Shown piece by piece: positions 38,183 to 51,699 of a stretch of DNA of 64,000 nucleotides. Origin of the DNA: Octopus vulgaris (taxonomy: Eukaryota); assembly GCA_951406725.2 (NCBI GenBank), contig OX597816.1, positions 182,280,001 through 182,344,000 on the forward strand. The letters run 5' to 3'. The number at the start of each line of letters is the position of its first letter. Within the stretch, counting starts at the first letter, position 1. The position numbers were made by a program, and so were the translations under genes. The notes under the pieces are model-generated. The model saw only the letters and a program-made list of their open reading frames with translations, did not search any database and was not told the DNA's origin.

Positions 38183-38636
38183 TTTTCATAGTATCCACGC
38201 ATTACTTTCAATCACTGGTCGGAACCCACAAAGTGTGGTTACAAAGCCAACCTCGTAATCACACCAGTTAAGTACATACCATCAAAGTGTTTCATAGTTG
38301 TTTGGGTTGCATCAACCTACCGTACTTGTCACCACTGCCTTATCTTTATTTTCTTATCAAATCTGACATTGCCCACCCCTCCCAAAAGAAAAAAATTACT
38401 CCCATTATTTTTGGAAACACATTTTTATGCTCAGAATTGCTGAAGCATGGGATAAACTACTTGCACCAGCTGCTAGCGGTCGGGACACTACATCCTTCAT
38501 AACTTCCATGCTTCCTGAAATTTTGTCAGCAATACACCTGATGCCCCACCCCCGTTTTTTTTCTTTGTTTCTACTTATTCATCGTTCACTTCCTGTTCAG
38601 GCAGTTTTGGTTACTTATTCTGATGAGTCGTATTGC

Positions 38637-38956
38637 ACTGGAGCACCGCCTTTAGTCAACCCCAGGACTTATTCTTTGTAAGCCTAGTAACTTGTTCTAT
38701 TGGTCTCTTTTGCTGAACTGCTAAGTTACGGATGTAAACACACCAGCATAGGTTGTCAAGCAATGTTGGGAGGACAAACACAGACACATATATATAGATA
38801 TATACGATGGGCTTCTTTTCAGTTTCTGTCTACCAAATCCACTCACAAGGCTTTGGTTGGCCCCAGGCTATAGTGGAAGACACTTGCCCAAGGTGCCACA
38901 CAGTGGGACTGAACCTGGTAAGCAAGCTACTTACCACACAGCCACTCTTATGCCTA
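38637..38956 (-). mobile_element. SINE family A
   Basis: Reverse complement of family head and body. Confidence 0.8.
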
Positions 38957-39394
38957 TATACAATAATTCATTATACATATATAACCTCACCACTTCTTCC
39001 ATTCATTCAGATCACACAACTAATACAGTTTTCCCTTTGCCACCCAGTCGCTGTTTTTCCAGAAAAATAAACTGTTTATTTTGTTAAAAACACTCACTCT
39101 GTTGGTGTGTTTATATCTGTAACTTAGCAGTTCAGCAAAGGCAATGGATTAACTAATGTTGGCTGCAATCTACTGACCAAGATAATGGCATGAACAATAA
39201 AACTTAACTCAAAATAATCTTTTAAAATGTTTACCTTTTTTTTTTTAAAATATATTAGTTTTATATTTTAAAACTTTAATGAAATTTTTGTTGGAAGCTA
39301 CTTAAAAAAAAACAAATAAAAACTTTAAACTAACTTATGTACAAGTAAGTAAACTTCCAATATATTTTAATTTGCTATATGAAGTTTGAAGACT

Positions 39395-40533
39395 TTAGTT
39401 GTTATATCTTCTTCTCTTGGTCAAGAAACCAGCCCCAGTAGAATCAACTCCTGCTTTCCGCTTTGAATGCTTATTACCAAGGAGATCGAGAAAAGTTTCA
39501 TAATCAGTGTCCAAACGTAAACACCTGTTCGACTTATCTGCAACACCTTGATTGGAAACTGAAGATGAATGACAAATGTTAGATGATTTCTCTTTGTTGC
39601 AATAATAGTACTTTTTACGTTTCCACTTATCTAAAGAATCTGGTGTAGAAGACTGTACAGAGGGCTTTGGAGAAGGAGTCTGTAAAACCTTTGTTGGTAA
39701 ATTTAATGATGTGGAGACACTGTTTCTATGAGAAGCATCTTCCTCACCAGAAACAGAATTAGATTTTGGTTGTGAAATGACACTACTAGTTTCATGAACA
39801 TCGTTCCGTCTTTTGACTGGAGTTTTTTTCAGAGTTCCTGAAGTTGCAATGAATCTTTGTGACTCATGTGATATACTATTTGTGCAAGATTTGTTTCGAG
39901 TAACAATACTTACATTTTCAATCACTTTGGATTCATTGAAGTTATTTAACTCTATATTTTCTGGAGTGATTACAGACTTTTCAGGAGTTTTTAAACAATG
40001 AGGGGCTTGTTTTGTAGGCGTTTTAAATATGCTATTCTCACTTTTCTCAAGTGCTAACTTACTTGATTTTGATTCTTTATCACCACTACAGTGAGCTGTT
40101 GATGATGATTGCATCGATATTTTTTCAGGTGTTGTAAAAAGAGCTTGTTTAACAAGTGGCTTGTCTAAAGAACGCTTTCGGATTACTGGGCTTCTACTAA
40201 AAGGAAAAGCTTCACTTTTGGGATTTGGTGTATAGTTTGATGTAATAGAAGTGTTGTCAAATTTGGGAGTACTAGGTGATGGGAAGCCCATAAGTTGAGA
40301 GAGAGCAAATGTATTGGGTTGATCCAGTGGTGACCGGCTGCTTGCATTATTTTCTGCGAAAGAAGTAGAAGTAGTAGTCAATTTGGCATAGCGGTCATGG
40401 CGCCCAGCAATACGGTCAGCCAGTCCCATATATTTTGCAAAATTTCTGGATTGTAAACGATTTCGACTTAAGCCATAGAAACCTTTTCGGATCAAAACTT
40501 TTGTTTTGTGGTTACACTCTGAACTTGATAGTT
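39395..40533 (-). CDS. TICRR: Treslin/TICRR exon 7 (terminal, S/T-P-rich tail)
   Basis: gtttcag|AA CTA (phase 1), in frame with ORF 39395-40495. Many TPK/TPEK/SP motifs; TAA stop. Exon lengths total 5001 nt, a multiple of 3. Confidence 0.8.
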
Positions 40534-40574
40534 CTGAAACGGAATAAAAAATAATAATAATAATAATAATAAAA

Positions 40575-41060
40575 CTTTCTGCAAATAGGCAATAAGGCCT
40601 GGAATTTCAGTGGGAAGCGGGCCAGTTGATTACATTGATAAGTATCAGTTGAGCACTGGTGTCAATCTTGAAAGGAATAATAATAATTCTTTGTACTGTA
40701 GGCACAAGGCCTGGAATGGGGGGGGGGGTAATGGTTTGAGTTGATTACATCGACCCCCAAAAGGATGAAAGGCAAAGTCAACATTGCTGGAATTTGAACA
40801 CAGAATGTGGACAAAATGTCACTTAGCATTTTGCCACCTTACTGCCTTAATAATAATAATCTTTTCTACTCTATGCACAAGGCCTGAAAGTTTTTGGGGT
40901 GGGGGCCAGTCGATTAGATCAAGCCCAGTACACAGCTAGTACTTATTTTATCGACCCCAAAAAGATGAAAGGCAAAGCCGACCTTGGCTGAATTTGAACT
41001 CAGAACGTAAAGACAGATGAAATACTGCTAAGCATTTTGCCGACATGCAAATGTTTCTAT
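40575..41060 (-). mobile_element. Three stacked SINE family B copies/fragments in TICRR intron 6
   Basis: Repeated cacaaggcctg..gattacat..aaaggatgaaaggcaaagt separated by (taa)n. Confidence 0.75.
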
Positions 41061-42434
41061 TAATAATAAAAAATACAAAAACATTATATTAACCATTTCA
41101 TAGGTAAATCCCTTGTAGAAATCCCAATTTATACAAAATAAATGGTTTACTAAGTAGCGATTTACAAATAGCAGGAATTATAATAACTCAGCTTCTTGCC
41201 TACCATCATCTGATGATAATGTTTGCTGCTTCCTTCAGTGACGAAGCAGAGAACATCTGCTTACAGACATGAAGGGAATGGCTGAGATAGTAAAGCAATA
41301 AATGGAATACCTTAACTGAATTTAAGCTTCTAAAGTTCTAAACTTATGGTTTCATCATCTTGACTATAAAACAAGTACTGAAGCTGAGGAGTCAACTGCA
41401 CTATGCCAAGAAACCATTGTTAAAGATACGACTGAATAATCTTCATAATGTCAACGACTGAATTCTGATGTGAGAGTGGTCGTAAAATTTGAACTTAGGA
41501 TCAGTGGTTCAATAATATAGAAATCTTAACTACACTAAAATGTGTCGCTACATTTAATTTCAAAATAATATTCTGAAAATCTCTAGCGTGATCCATTCTT
41601 ATAGCTGTGTAGAATACAATCTAGAAGGAGCTGTTTTAACAACAATAGCTGAATTATTGTTCTTAACAACTTCAGATGTGGTTCATCTGAAGTTGTTCAG
41701 AACCCAATTCAATCCAACAATGAGTAGTTCTACAATGGAAGGCATTCCAACTGTGACTAACTCACCCTTTTTTATCTCCCAGACATAATGTATCTAAAAC
41801 TAGACTATCTAATGTGCCCTTCCCTTAGCAATGAGGGAATCGCTTAATTGCCACGAGATATTACTCTAGAATCAGAGTAAAGTTAGTATAAACATATTTA
41901 ATGCGAGTAGAATTAAAATGCTCAACGAAACATTACTTTCAGGTTTGTGGCATAAGAATGTACACTGGTTTAAAGAGAATTTAAAGAATAAATCATTTCA
42001 AGTCTGTACAGGTCAACTTAATAGAAATAGCAACCAACTCTCTCTCAAAACACCCCCTACCATCACAGATCACAACTAGAATGCCAATGAAGATACATTT
42101 GTTTGACCAGAGCTGATAACTCATTATTTTTTATCTCTTGGTTGGGAAGAAAGGTATCTGTCAAATGAAGACAGCCTGAATGCTTGCAAAGGGGTGGAGA
42201 CTGTTAAAGGCAACCAAGGTGCCAGGTGAGGGGGGGGGGTTAAACTGGGCAACAGAGTAAGTAAACATATAATCCATGGCAGGATTTGAACTCAGAAAGC
42301 TTAAGAGGCAAAACATTTGTTCCAAAGGTACCCCACCTAAAACTGTAAGGATGAAACGCAAAGTTGACTAAGGCAAGATTTGAACTCGTAGCTGAATAAT
42401 TACCACAAAACAAATAAATAAGTGATGTACTTAC

Positions 42435-44072
42435 TTGAGCTTTGTATTTCTTTCAAGGGTGACTCTTCAATTACAAGTCTAGAAGACTTGGATTCCAAAG
42501 GTAAATTGTGGTCAGTGTTTGACTGACCTTTTGCCAGTACTTCTAGTGGCTCTGTCAGTCTACTCTGCAGTAGGTGCCAACGCCGCATTACCTGAGACAC
42601 CTGTTTATGTGCAGGTGTTTCGGCAACAACTGTTTTTCTCCTTTTGTTTTTCCCTGAATCTTTGTGATGAGTATGCCTCCGATGAGCACGGGACTTTTCT
42701 CTCTCTGTCACAGCAAATGAACGGTGTCTTTCTAACTTCCTGCTATCACTTGTGAAGAGGCTACGCCTGGCCCTAACAGTGTCTTTAGAACTACTAACAA
42801 CACCAGTCCTTTTCTTATCTGAAGAACTAGATTTTGATTTAGAAAGACGTTTCTTTATTGCCTGTGTATTAGATTTCTTACCGACAATGATCTGTCGATT
42901 GAGTCTTTCACCAAGACCTGGCAACACCTGCTTGGTTTTAGATTTCTTGGTTTGTGTTTGTTGGACTGCATTGGGTAAAAATTCTCTCAGAGATTCATCG
43001 ACAGTAAAGCTACTCACAGAAGAAGGACAAAGTGTTGAAGGTGCGTCTGACTCGGGTGACATAACATCAGCCAGGACACTGGGCACTGGCTGCATCAGTT
43101 CATCATATATATTCGCTACAACCTGTGGTATTGAGTGGCTGTAATTCTTGAGTAACACATCTCTGAGAAAGAAAGGCAATAAAGTGAGATCTGAAATAAA
43201 AGACAATGTTCGTAACATTGTAACTACATCTTCTACACAGGCTTCCATAGAGTGAGCATCATCTTTTGTGTCAAGAGTTTCAGTTTTATCAGATACTAAT
43301 TGAAGGCATTGAATTTCCATTCGAAGAATAATTTGAAGTTTATATTCTTGTATTTTAGTCTCTTTCTCTAGTTCTGGCTTTTTGTATTTATGACGCAGAT
43401 CAGAACAAGAAACGTACAAGTGTTCCAGCAAAAATTTCTTGGTTTCTGTTTCTGGATTGTCTGTATTGTGAGGTTTTAAATAATTAAGGACTACATTTAC
43501 AACTTGATAGATCTGCTTCCAAGGATCCAATTTCTCTTGGAGGGATGTTGCATAAGACTGATTAACAAAGTCAATTAGATCGTTATTATTAGTAATACAC
43601 TTAACAAGTGTGTTAACTTCATCAAGAATCTGCTTGGAATCTTCATTCTCTTGCAGACATGAAACTGGTTCTTCACTTTCAGTTTTATTCAACTCTTCAG
43701 CAACTGCCATGCTTTTGTAGAGGATCATTTCTGCTCGAGTTGGACCAAGAGTAAAACTACGGAGTTTCTTCAGAAGACAAGGTTTCAGATTGTCAGCCTT
43801 CTGAGAAATGCTTTCAGTTGCTTGGTTTGTATCAGGTTTCGAGGGTTTTTCATCAACTAATCCCTTGTCTACCAACCTAGAAGGGCTGTCAGCTTTACGA
43901 TATAACTGTTTCAGTTTCTTCAACAATTCTATTTCCTTTGTATGGAGCTGTTTTTTACAGAATAATTTAGACATTTTTGTCATTTCAGGATTTTCAGCAT
44001 TAGGAATTGTCCATTTGTTTAAAATAGAAGAATCAAATACAGAATGGAAAGTTGATTCTGGTATGGTTTTAT
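42435..44072 (-). CDS. TICRR: Treslin/TICRR exon 6 (middle and Sld3-Treslin domain, CDK sites)
   Basis: ctcacag|AT AAA (phase 1). KIQEYKLQIILRMEI and VVTMLRTLSF are Sld3/Treslin-like. VVAETPAHKQVS and VIEESPLKE match the two TopBP1-binding CDK sites of vertebrate Treslin (VAETPVHKQIS, VEESPEK). Donor TCAA|gtaagt, phase 1. Confidence 0.92.
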
Positions 44073-44101
44073 CTGTGAGAAAAGGGAAAAAAAAAAAATA
44101 T

Positions 44102-46540
44102 GAGTATGGTGCAAAGTCCCATCTCGACCCAGGGTAATGTGGTGGTGGAACAATGTGGTTGAAAAGGCTATTAGACAAAAGAAAGAGGCTTGGAGGGACT
44201 GGAAGAAAGGAGGTAGCAGGGAATTGTATCAGACTGTCAGAAGGGAAGCTAGGAGACAGGTTTATTTAGCCAAAGGGGAAGCAGACAAGAAAAAATTTGC
44301 CAATGTTCTGCACCGTGAGGACCAAAGACTTGAAGTATTTCATGTTGCAAGACAGTGTGTAAGAGAGAATCCTGATGAGGTAGGAGAGAAATGTGTCCGC
44401 ATGGATGATGGTTCACTTGCACTAAACGAGGCTGCAAAGAGAGAGGTTTGGAGACGCCACTATGAAAGGTTGCTGAATAAGGAAAATGAATGGGATAAAG
44501 AGAGTCTACCGAATGTTGACCCAACAGAGGGACCAGCTATCCGAATTGACAGTACCTTGGTAGATAAAGCAATTAAGGGTATGATGACAGGGAAAGCCCC
44601 CAGCCCATCAGGAATCACTGCAGAGATGCTTAAAATATCTGGAAGTGTCGGCTATAGCCTAGTCACCCGTATAGTTAACCAGGGGATATATGAAGGAGTC
44701 ATACCCAATGACTGGTGTAGCAGCACCATAGTCAACTGCTACAAAGGTAAAGGTGATGCCTTAGATACAAATATTACCTCTGTTATTATTTGTATCTAAG
44801 GCATCACCTTTACCTTTGTAGCAGTTGACTATCAAGTAATGAAGGTTACGGAGAGGGTCATAGCCCAACTAATTAGAGAGTCAGTTTAGATGACATGCAG
44901 TTTCGGTTCGTGCCAGGGAAAAGCACCACTGATGCTATATTTCTGGTAAGACAGCTACAGGAGAAATACCTAGCCAAAGATAAGCCCCTGTACCTGGCTT
45001 TCGTTGACATGGTCCCCCGATCCCTTATCTGGTGGTCAATGAGGAAACTAGGGATAGATGAATGATTAGTGAGAGCTGTGCAAGCCATGTACAGGGACGC
45101 TATTAGTAAAGTGAGGGTTGGCAGTGAATACAGTGAAGAATTCCAGGTAGAGGTAGGGGTCCACCAAGGTTCAGTCCTCAGCCCCCTCCTATTTATCATA
45201 GTCCTCCAGGCAATAACAGAGGAATTCAAGACAGGATGCCCCTGGGAGCTCCTGTATGCTGATGACCTTGCTCTAATTGCTGAGTCACTATCAGAACTGG
45301 AGAAGTTTCAGGTGTGGAAGCGAGGATTAGAATTGAAGGGCCTTAGAGTCAACCTAGCTAAAACCAAAGTCCTAATAAGTAGGAAAGGCCCTGCTAGATC
45401 TGTAGAAAAAGCGTAGGTAGAAACTCTATAAGATGTACTAAGTGTAAGCTATGGACACATAAAAGGTGCAGCAATATCAAAGGAAGGCTAACTGGGAAGA
45501 TAGTTTTTGTATGTGGCAGATGCTCAGGAGCAATAAACACTGAAAATATGCAGATAACAACTTCTGCCACATTCCAGGGAGAAAAACTAGAAGTAGCTGA
45601 TAGCTTCTGTTACCTAGTCAGTAGCAGGGGCGGATGTGCTGAAAGTGTAACTGCTAGAGTAAGAATAGCCTGGGCAAAGTTCAGAGAGCTCTTACCCCTG
45701 CTGGTGACAAAAGGCAGACTGTATGATGCAGTGTGCGAACAGCCATGCTACATGGCAGTGAAACATGGGCCGTGACTGATGGGGATATGCGTAAGCTCAC
45801 AAGAAATGAAGCCAGTATGCTCCGATGGATGTGTAATGTCAGTGTTCATACTCGACAGAGTGTAAGTACCTTGAGAGAAAAGTTGGATCTAAGAAGCATC
45901 AGTTATAATGTGTAAGAGAGACGTTTGCACTGGTATGGTCATGTGGCGAGAATGGATGAAGATAGTTGTGTGAAAAAGTGCCACACACTAGCGGTTGAGG
46001 GAACCTGTGGAAGAGGTAGACCCAGGAAAACCTGGGACGAAGTGGTGAAGCACGACCTTCAAACATTAGGTCTCACCAAGGCAATGACTAGAGACCGAGA
46101 CCTTTGGAAGTATGCTGTGCGTGAGAAGACCCAGCAGGACAAATGAGACCATAACCCATGGCCTCTACCTGGGATGTAGCCAGTCCACTTATGCATACCT
46201 TCCCTTCTTGGGACACAAAACTCTGCTTGCAAAGACCTGTTGAGGCAATCGAAATCGATCAAAAATCAATGGAAATTGCAGTTGTGATACCAGTGCTGGT
46301 GGCTCGTAAAAAGCACCAACCGATTGTGACCTTTGCCAGCCTCGCCTGGCACCTGTGCCAGTGGCATGCAAAAAGCACCCACTACACTCACGGAGTGGTT
46401 GGCGTTAGGAAGGGCATCCAGCTGTAGAAACACTGCCAGATCAGACTGGGCCTGGTGCAGCCTTCTGGCTTCCCAGACCCCAGTCGAACCGTTCAACCCA
46501 TGCCAGCATGGAAAGTGGACGTTAAACGATGATGATGATG
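44102..46540 (+). mobile_element. RTE-clade LINE, 5'-truncated, antisense in TICRR intron 5
   Basis: WWWNNVVEKAIRQKK, GKAPSPSGITAEML, GVHQGSVLSPLLF, LLYADD; (GAT)n tail. Confidence 0.95.
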
Positions 46541-46979
46541 AATAATATTGAACAGAATTACAAAAAAAAATTAAAATTTTAATAATCTGAGCTCTACTTT
46601 CCATGTCTCCATGTATTGTATAGTTATGCATATTTAGACATTTGCAGGGTTTAGGCAAGTCTTATCTGATAGTTGTCTTTACGGTAACTATTCATTAGAG
46701 GGGACGAATAGACGGAAGCAGATCAATTAAAGGAGAGTTGCAGGAACCAAATAATGATTGATGTTATTATTGTTAAATTAAGTAAGTTGAATTGTATACA
46801 AGTTATAACAGGTCTCAGTATCAATCAACAGTTGCCAGGGGTTCGTTAACCTAGAGATCTATTAAAATCACTTTCACTTCTGTCTTTCGCCACTCTCTTG
46901 TACATAAAAATATCATGTGCAGACAAGATAACAATACCATGTGGAAACAAGGAGAAATTGAAGCGAAAACTTAATTTAC

Positions 46980-47241
46980 CTGACTGATCCTTGGTGAAAT
47001 GTTTTGAATGCATTATCTTGGTGGAATATCGCTGTAAAACGGAATCTAGTTTGTCAAAATCACAAGCACTAGAAATCTTTGAATTAGAACAATGTCCATA
47101 AACTGGAAAAACAGGGAAAAGCTCTTTCAGTTGTCTATTGAGGCCCATTGGAAGAATTGTCACAGCAGCTAGATTGATAGTGATAGGTTCTAGGACACCT
47201 ATATAAGGTGTAGTTTCCTCATCAATTTTAATTTGTACCAT
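46980..47241 (-). CDS. TICRR: Treslin/TICRR exon 5
   Basis: aatttcag|ATG GTA CAA (phase 0); MVQIKIDEETTPYIGVLEPIT. Best donor TCAG|gtaaat (phase 1); a weaker in-phase donor lies at 46851. Confidence 0.75.
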
Positions 47242-47737
47242 CTGAAATTTAACAAGAAGGAATTAAGTAAGATGTGACTGTAAGTGGAAACATGTGTTTA
47301 CATAGAATATTTTCACTTTTTTATGCAATATCACACATTCATAGTATATTTCTGAAATCACACTAACAAAAAGAATCCAATAACAGGTAAGCCAATTGGT
47401 GTCCCTTGGTTTGGATTGTCTCAAGGTCACAGAAAGGGGATTACACTTTCAGGGTCCCTGGTCAGGCTAAATTTCAATGTGGAATTGACATTTCCACTCA
47501 CTATTTATCCCATGTGGACTCTAGGTCCTTCTGCTGGTTCATTAGGAAATGACAGAATATTTACCTCTCTTGACTTCTACAGTACAAGCTTTCTTGATGT
47601 GATATTTGTGATACATTTTATGTGAAAATGTGATTTTCATTAATTTAAAAAAAAAAAAAAAAAACAGCTTTTGGGATGAAATAGACTGAACTGCCAAACC
47701 CCATTTTATTTCCCCCAGCATTGTTGATTCAACAGAT

Positions 47738-48085
47738 TCATCATCATCATCATCATCGTCGTTTAACGTCCGTTCTCCATGCTAGCATGGGTTGGACGGT
47801 TCGACCGGGGTTCTGGGAAGCCAGAAGGCTGCACCAGGCTCCAGTCTAATTTGGCAATGTTTCTACAGCTGGATGCCCTTCCTAACGCCAACCACTCCGT
47901 GAGTGTAGTGGGTGCTTTTTACGTGCCACCTGCACAGGTGCCAGGCGGGGCTGGCAACGGCCACGGTCAGATTGGTGTATTTTATGTGCCACCGGCACGG
48001 AAGCCAGTCGAGGCGGTGCTGGCATCGGCCACGAGTCGGATAGTGCTTTTTATGTACCACCAGACCAGGGATCCTGGCTGGTTCA
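47738..48085 (-). mobile_element. RTE 3' UTR fragment
   Basis: Nearly identical to the reverse complement of the 3' end of the 31617-32855 copy. Confidence 0.9.
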
Positions 48086-50124
48086 GAAAGAATTAAAACA
48101 GTTCACATAAATAATACTGTCGTTTTTCTTCAATTGTTTGGAATTTAAGATACATGTCCATTCTTAAATTGGTCTCAGTTCCTAGAAAGCAAGCATGCTA
48201 GGGCACTTTCATTTTATGTATAATTCATCCCTATTTTTTAAACATGTTATCAAAAATATAAGGTGTATGTTATATAGGTCACGCTTCCTGATATGAATAT
48301 GCTTCTAGACAAATATTGTTTGACTTGCCATCTCTTCATCTCAGTGCATCAATCGTGTATGTACCTTTCAAGAATCATCTGGTTAATGAGCTTTATCTAA
48401 ATAAAACTCATTAGTCAAGAAACATAATATGATGATAGAACTTTAAGAAGTATTTTGAGAAAATGTTATTAACACCAGTTCTTCTCTGCACAGGCCTATG
48501 GTCAGAAAGGATTCAATCACAACTATTTTGTCTTTTTGTATACTGAAGATTACATTGTCCAATATGTCCTTCTTTTCTTTAAAGATGACATGTGATTTGA
48601 GGGAAATTTAGCTGATATTTTTAGCAGCTTGACTAATGAAAGTTCCCTTGTTGGCTCATTAAAAACCATTACCGTTTCAGATGATAGATGGTTTTATATT
48701 AATTGACACCTGTATTGGTGGCATGTAAAAAGCACACATTACACTCTTGAGTGGTTGGCATTAGGAAGGGTATTCAGCTGTAGAAACCATGCCAAATCAG
48801 GCTGGAACCTGGTGCAGTTCTCCAGCTTACCAGTTTCAGTGAAACCGTCTGACCCATGTCAGCGTGAAAAGCAGATGCTAAAATGATGATGATGATGATG
48901 ATGAAAGGTAACTTCAAGAAACTAGGAGCTATGAAGCAAATAAAGATCTGAATTTGATGGTGATAGGGACAGAATATTAAATCTTATAATCTGTAAAGTT
49001 ATGACAGAAATTTTTAGCCATGTTTTGTTTGGTACCTACCTCTAATGAATATCGTACATTTTTGGAACAATAAATTACAGTTGGTTGTCATTTGATGTAC
49101 AGTGTAGTAATATGTTTTCAATTCTAGTCCATTTTGAAATGAACTAGAATGAAGATTAGAAGAATAATATAAAACTTATAAATTAAATTCAGTTTCTGTT
49201 TTGTTTTGAGAATTTCCACAAGCAACTGAGTAAACTGAAGATAAAATAGTAGCTTCAGTTGATGAGCTTCGTACCTAGGAAAGTAAGAAAAGATTAATTA
49301 ATTCCCCTTAATAAGAAACATTGAATGATGTCCCTTGTTCTCGCTCACTTAGGAATGCAACTATTGGGAATAAACATATTGGGAATGCTTTTTATTTTAA
49401 AGACTGTATTAAACAGGCGGTAACGGCGTGTACAAACATCTATATATCACTATGTATATTAATTTCTATTAGTGTTGTAGTTTTGAGTGACTGAGCTAAT
49501 TTATGAAGCTAACCTCATTATTCTGTTTATGCTGTATTTCAAGGAGAAATCAACTACATGGACGTTTATTGGAAGAATCAAAACAAATATAGGGGGTTTA
49601 TATTGGGGTTCAACTTACGAAATAACCGTTATATGGACAAGGTTAGTAAAATACTCGTTCAGATGTGTAATGTTAGAGTGCATGAACAGTGGAACAGATG
49701 AGATGAGAAAGAAGAATGTATTGGCATGGTCATGTAGTATGAAAGATAACAACTGAGCAAAGAGGTGCCAGGCAATCCAGGTAGGAGCTTGTGGAAGAGG
49801 AAGACATGGGATGGAGTGGCAAAGGATGAATAAGATGACAAGGAATTGCAACAGGTAACAAGAGACATGGCTGGATAAGACCTGTCCAACCCATGCAAGC
49901 ATAGGAAATCAGGTGTAAATCTATGATAATGAAAAACAAACAAAAAATATACAAACATACACATACTAGATCAATGCACAGGAAGAAGCAGTCACTATAA
50001 AATAAGAGTTTAAGAAAAAAGGGTACAACATAATTCACAGAGAAAAGAATCTATGGAAGTTAGATATAAATGGTTAAGTACCTGAAAGTGAACAAGTTAA
50101 TAGAACTAATAAACACAAAGAATA

Positions 50125-51025
50125 AATATTGGTTTCAAATTTTGGTACAGGGCCAGCAATTTCGAGGAGGAGTTGATTACATTGACCCCACTGCTCAAAA
50201 AATGGGCAAAATGCTGCTAAGCCCAGTGTGCTAATGGTTTTGCCAGCTCACCATCCTAATTCCACACAGCATTAATATTGGTTTCAAATTTTGGCACAAG
50301 GCCAGCAATTTCGGGGGAGGGGGTAAATCGATTACATCAACCCAAGTGCTTAACTTAACTTATATTTACTTGATCAACCCCAAAAGGATGAAAGGCAAAG
50401 TTGACCTCGACATAATTTGGACTCAGAATGTAAAAATGGATGAAATACCACTATACATTTTGCCTGACTTGCTAATGATCCTGCCAGCTTGTCACTATAC
50501 ACAGAATTAATATAGGTTTCAAATTTTGGCACAAGGACAGAAATTTGGGGGGAAGGTGTCAGTCGATTACATTGACCCCAGTGATCAACTGGTACTTAAT
50601 TTATTGACTCCAAAGGGATGTAAGCAAAGTCGACCTTCAGCGGAATTTGAACCCAGAATGTGCAGACAGACGAAATGTCACTAAGCGTTTTGCTCAGCAT
50701 GCTAACAATTCTACCAGCTCGCCACCTTTATACAGAGAATCAATATTCTTTTCTACTCCAGGCACAAGGCCTGAAATTTTTAGGGAGGAGGCCAGTTGAT
50801 TAGATCGTCCCCAGTACACAACTGGTACTTAATTTATTAACCCTGAAAGAATGAAAGGCAAAATCAACCTTGGCGGAATTTGAACTCAGAACGTAAAGAC
50901 AGACGAAATACTGCTAAGCATTTTGCCTGGCATGCTAACATTTCTGCCAGTTTGCTGCCTTATACACAGAATTAACATTGACAAACTTTAGGGTCATGAG
51001 CTGTCAGAATCATTAGCTCACCACC
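50125..51025 (-). mobile_element. Head-to-tail array of about four SINE family B copies
   Basis: Units about 230 bp (first one deleted), each separated by a cacagaattaat-like spacer. Confidence 0.85.
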
Positions 51026-51060
51026 TTACACAAAGAATAAATATTATTATTATGCCATAC

Positions 51061-51511
51061 CAAGTGAAAATTAGTTTTAGTCAAACTGTGGAGTAAATTC
51101 TGGAACAAGGCTATTTTTGAGGATGCTCTTTCTTTGATGTTTTCCTTTGGTGAAGTTCCTTTGTGTGCTGTTCTTAGAGATTGCTTAATGTGAGTAGAAC
51201 TGGTTGGATACGAGGTTAAATGTTCTGAAAGTGGTGTACAGAAAAACACATGATCGGAGCAGTTGTTGAGATCAGAAGTTTCGAGATAACCATATATTTC
51301 CATTTGTAATGATAATGGCTGTTGTGTAGATCGAGTTAAAAACTTATTTTTCGAAGTGGAAGCTGAAGAATTGGATGGCAGTTTCTCAGGATTTTCAACA
51401 ACAAATTCAAAAGGAGACATCCTTTTATCTAAGCTGTGTTCATTGTGTTTGTCCATGAAAGACACAAGATTTTTGTTGACATCACAATCATGATCTGTTA
51501 AGTTATTTCTA
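51061..51511 (-). CDS. TICRR: Treslin/TICRR exon 4
   Basis: ttttgcag|T AGA AAT (phase 2), same frame as ORF 51013-51465 (..LFQNLLHSLTKTNFHL). Donor TTG|gtatgg, phase 0. Confidence 0.8.
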
Positions 51512-51699
51512 CTGCAAAAAAGAAAAAAAAGTTTTATAGGAATAAATTAAGAATTCAAAAGGAAAAAAATCCTACTCAAACATTTCAGATGAGATAAAAT
51601 ATATAGAATTAACTATAAAATACTATATAGGCTGTTATGAAAGTCAGTATGGACTGGTAACATTGGACAATCTTCCTTCCTACTTACTATAAGACAGAA

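Noticed and set aside
44073-44178. N-terminal extension of ORF 42400-44178 as a gene start
   Set aside because: It derives from antisense LINE sequence and the polypyrimidine tract; the real exon starts at 44072.
49176-49274. Possible TICRR exon after a tttcctag acceptor
   Set aside because: The phase-0 frame stops after 32 codons and exons 4 and 5 join directly; at most a minor alternative terminal exon.
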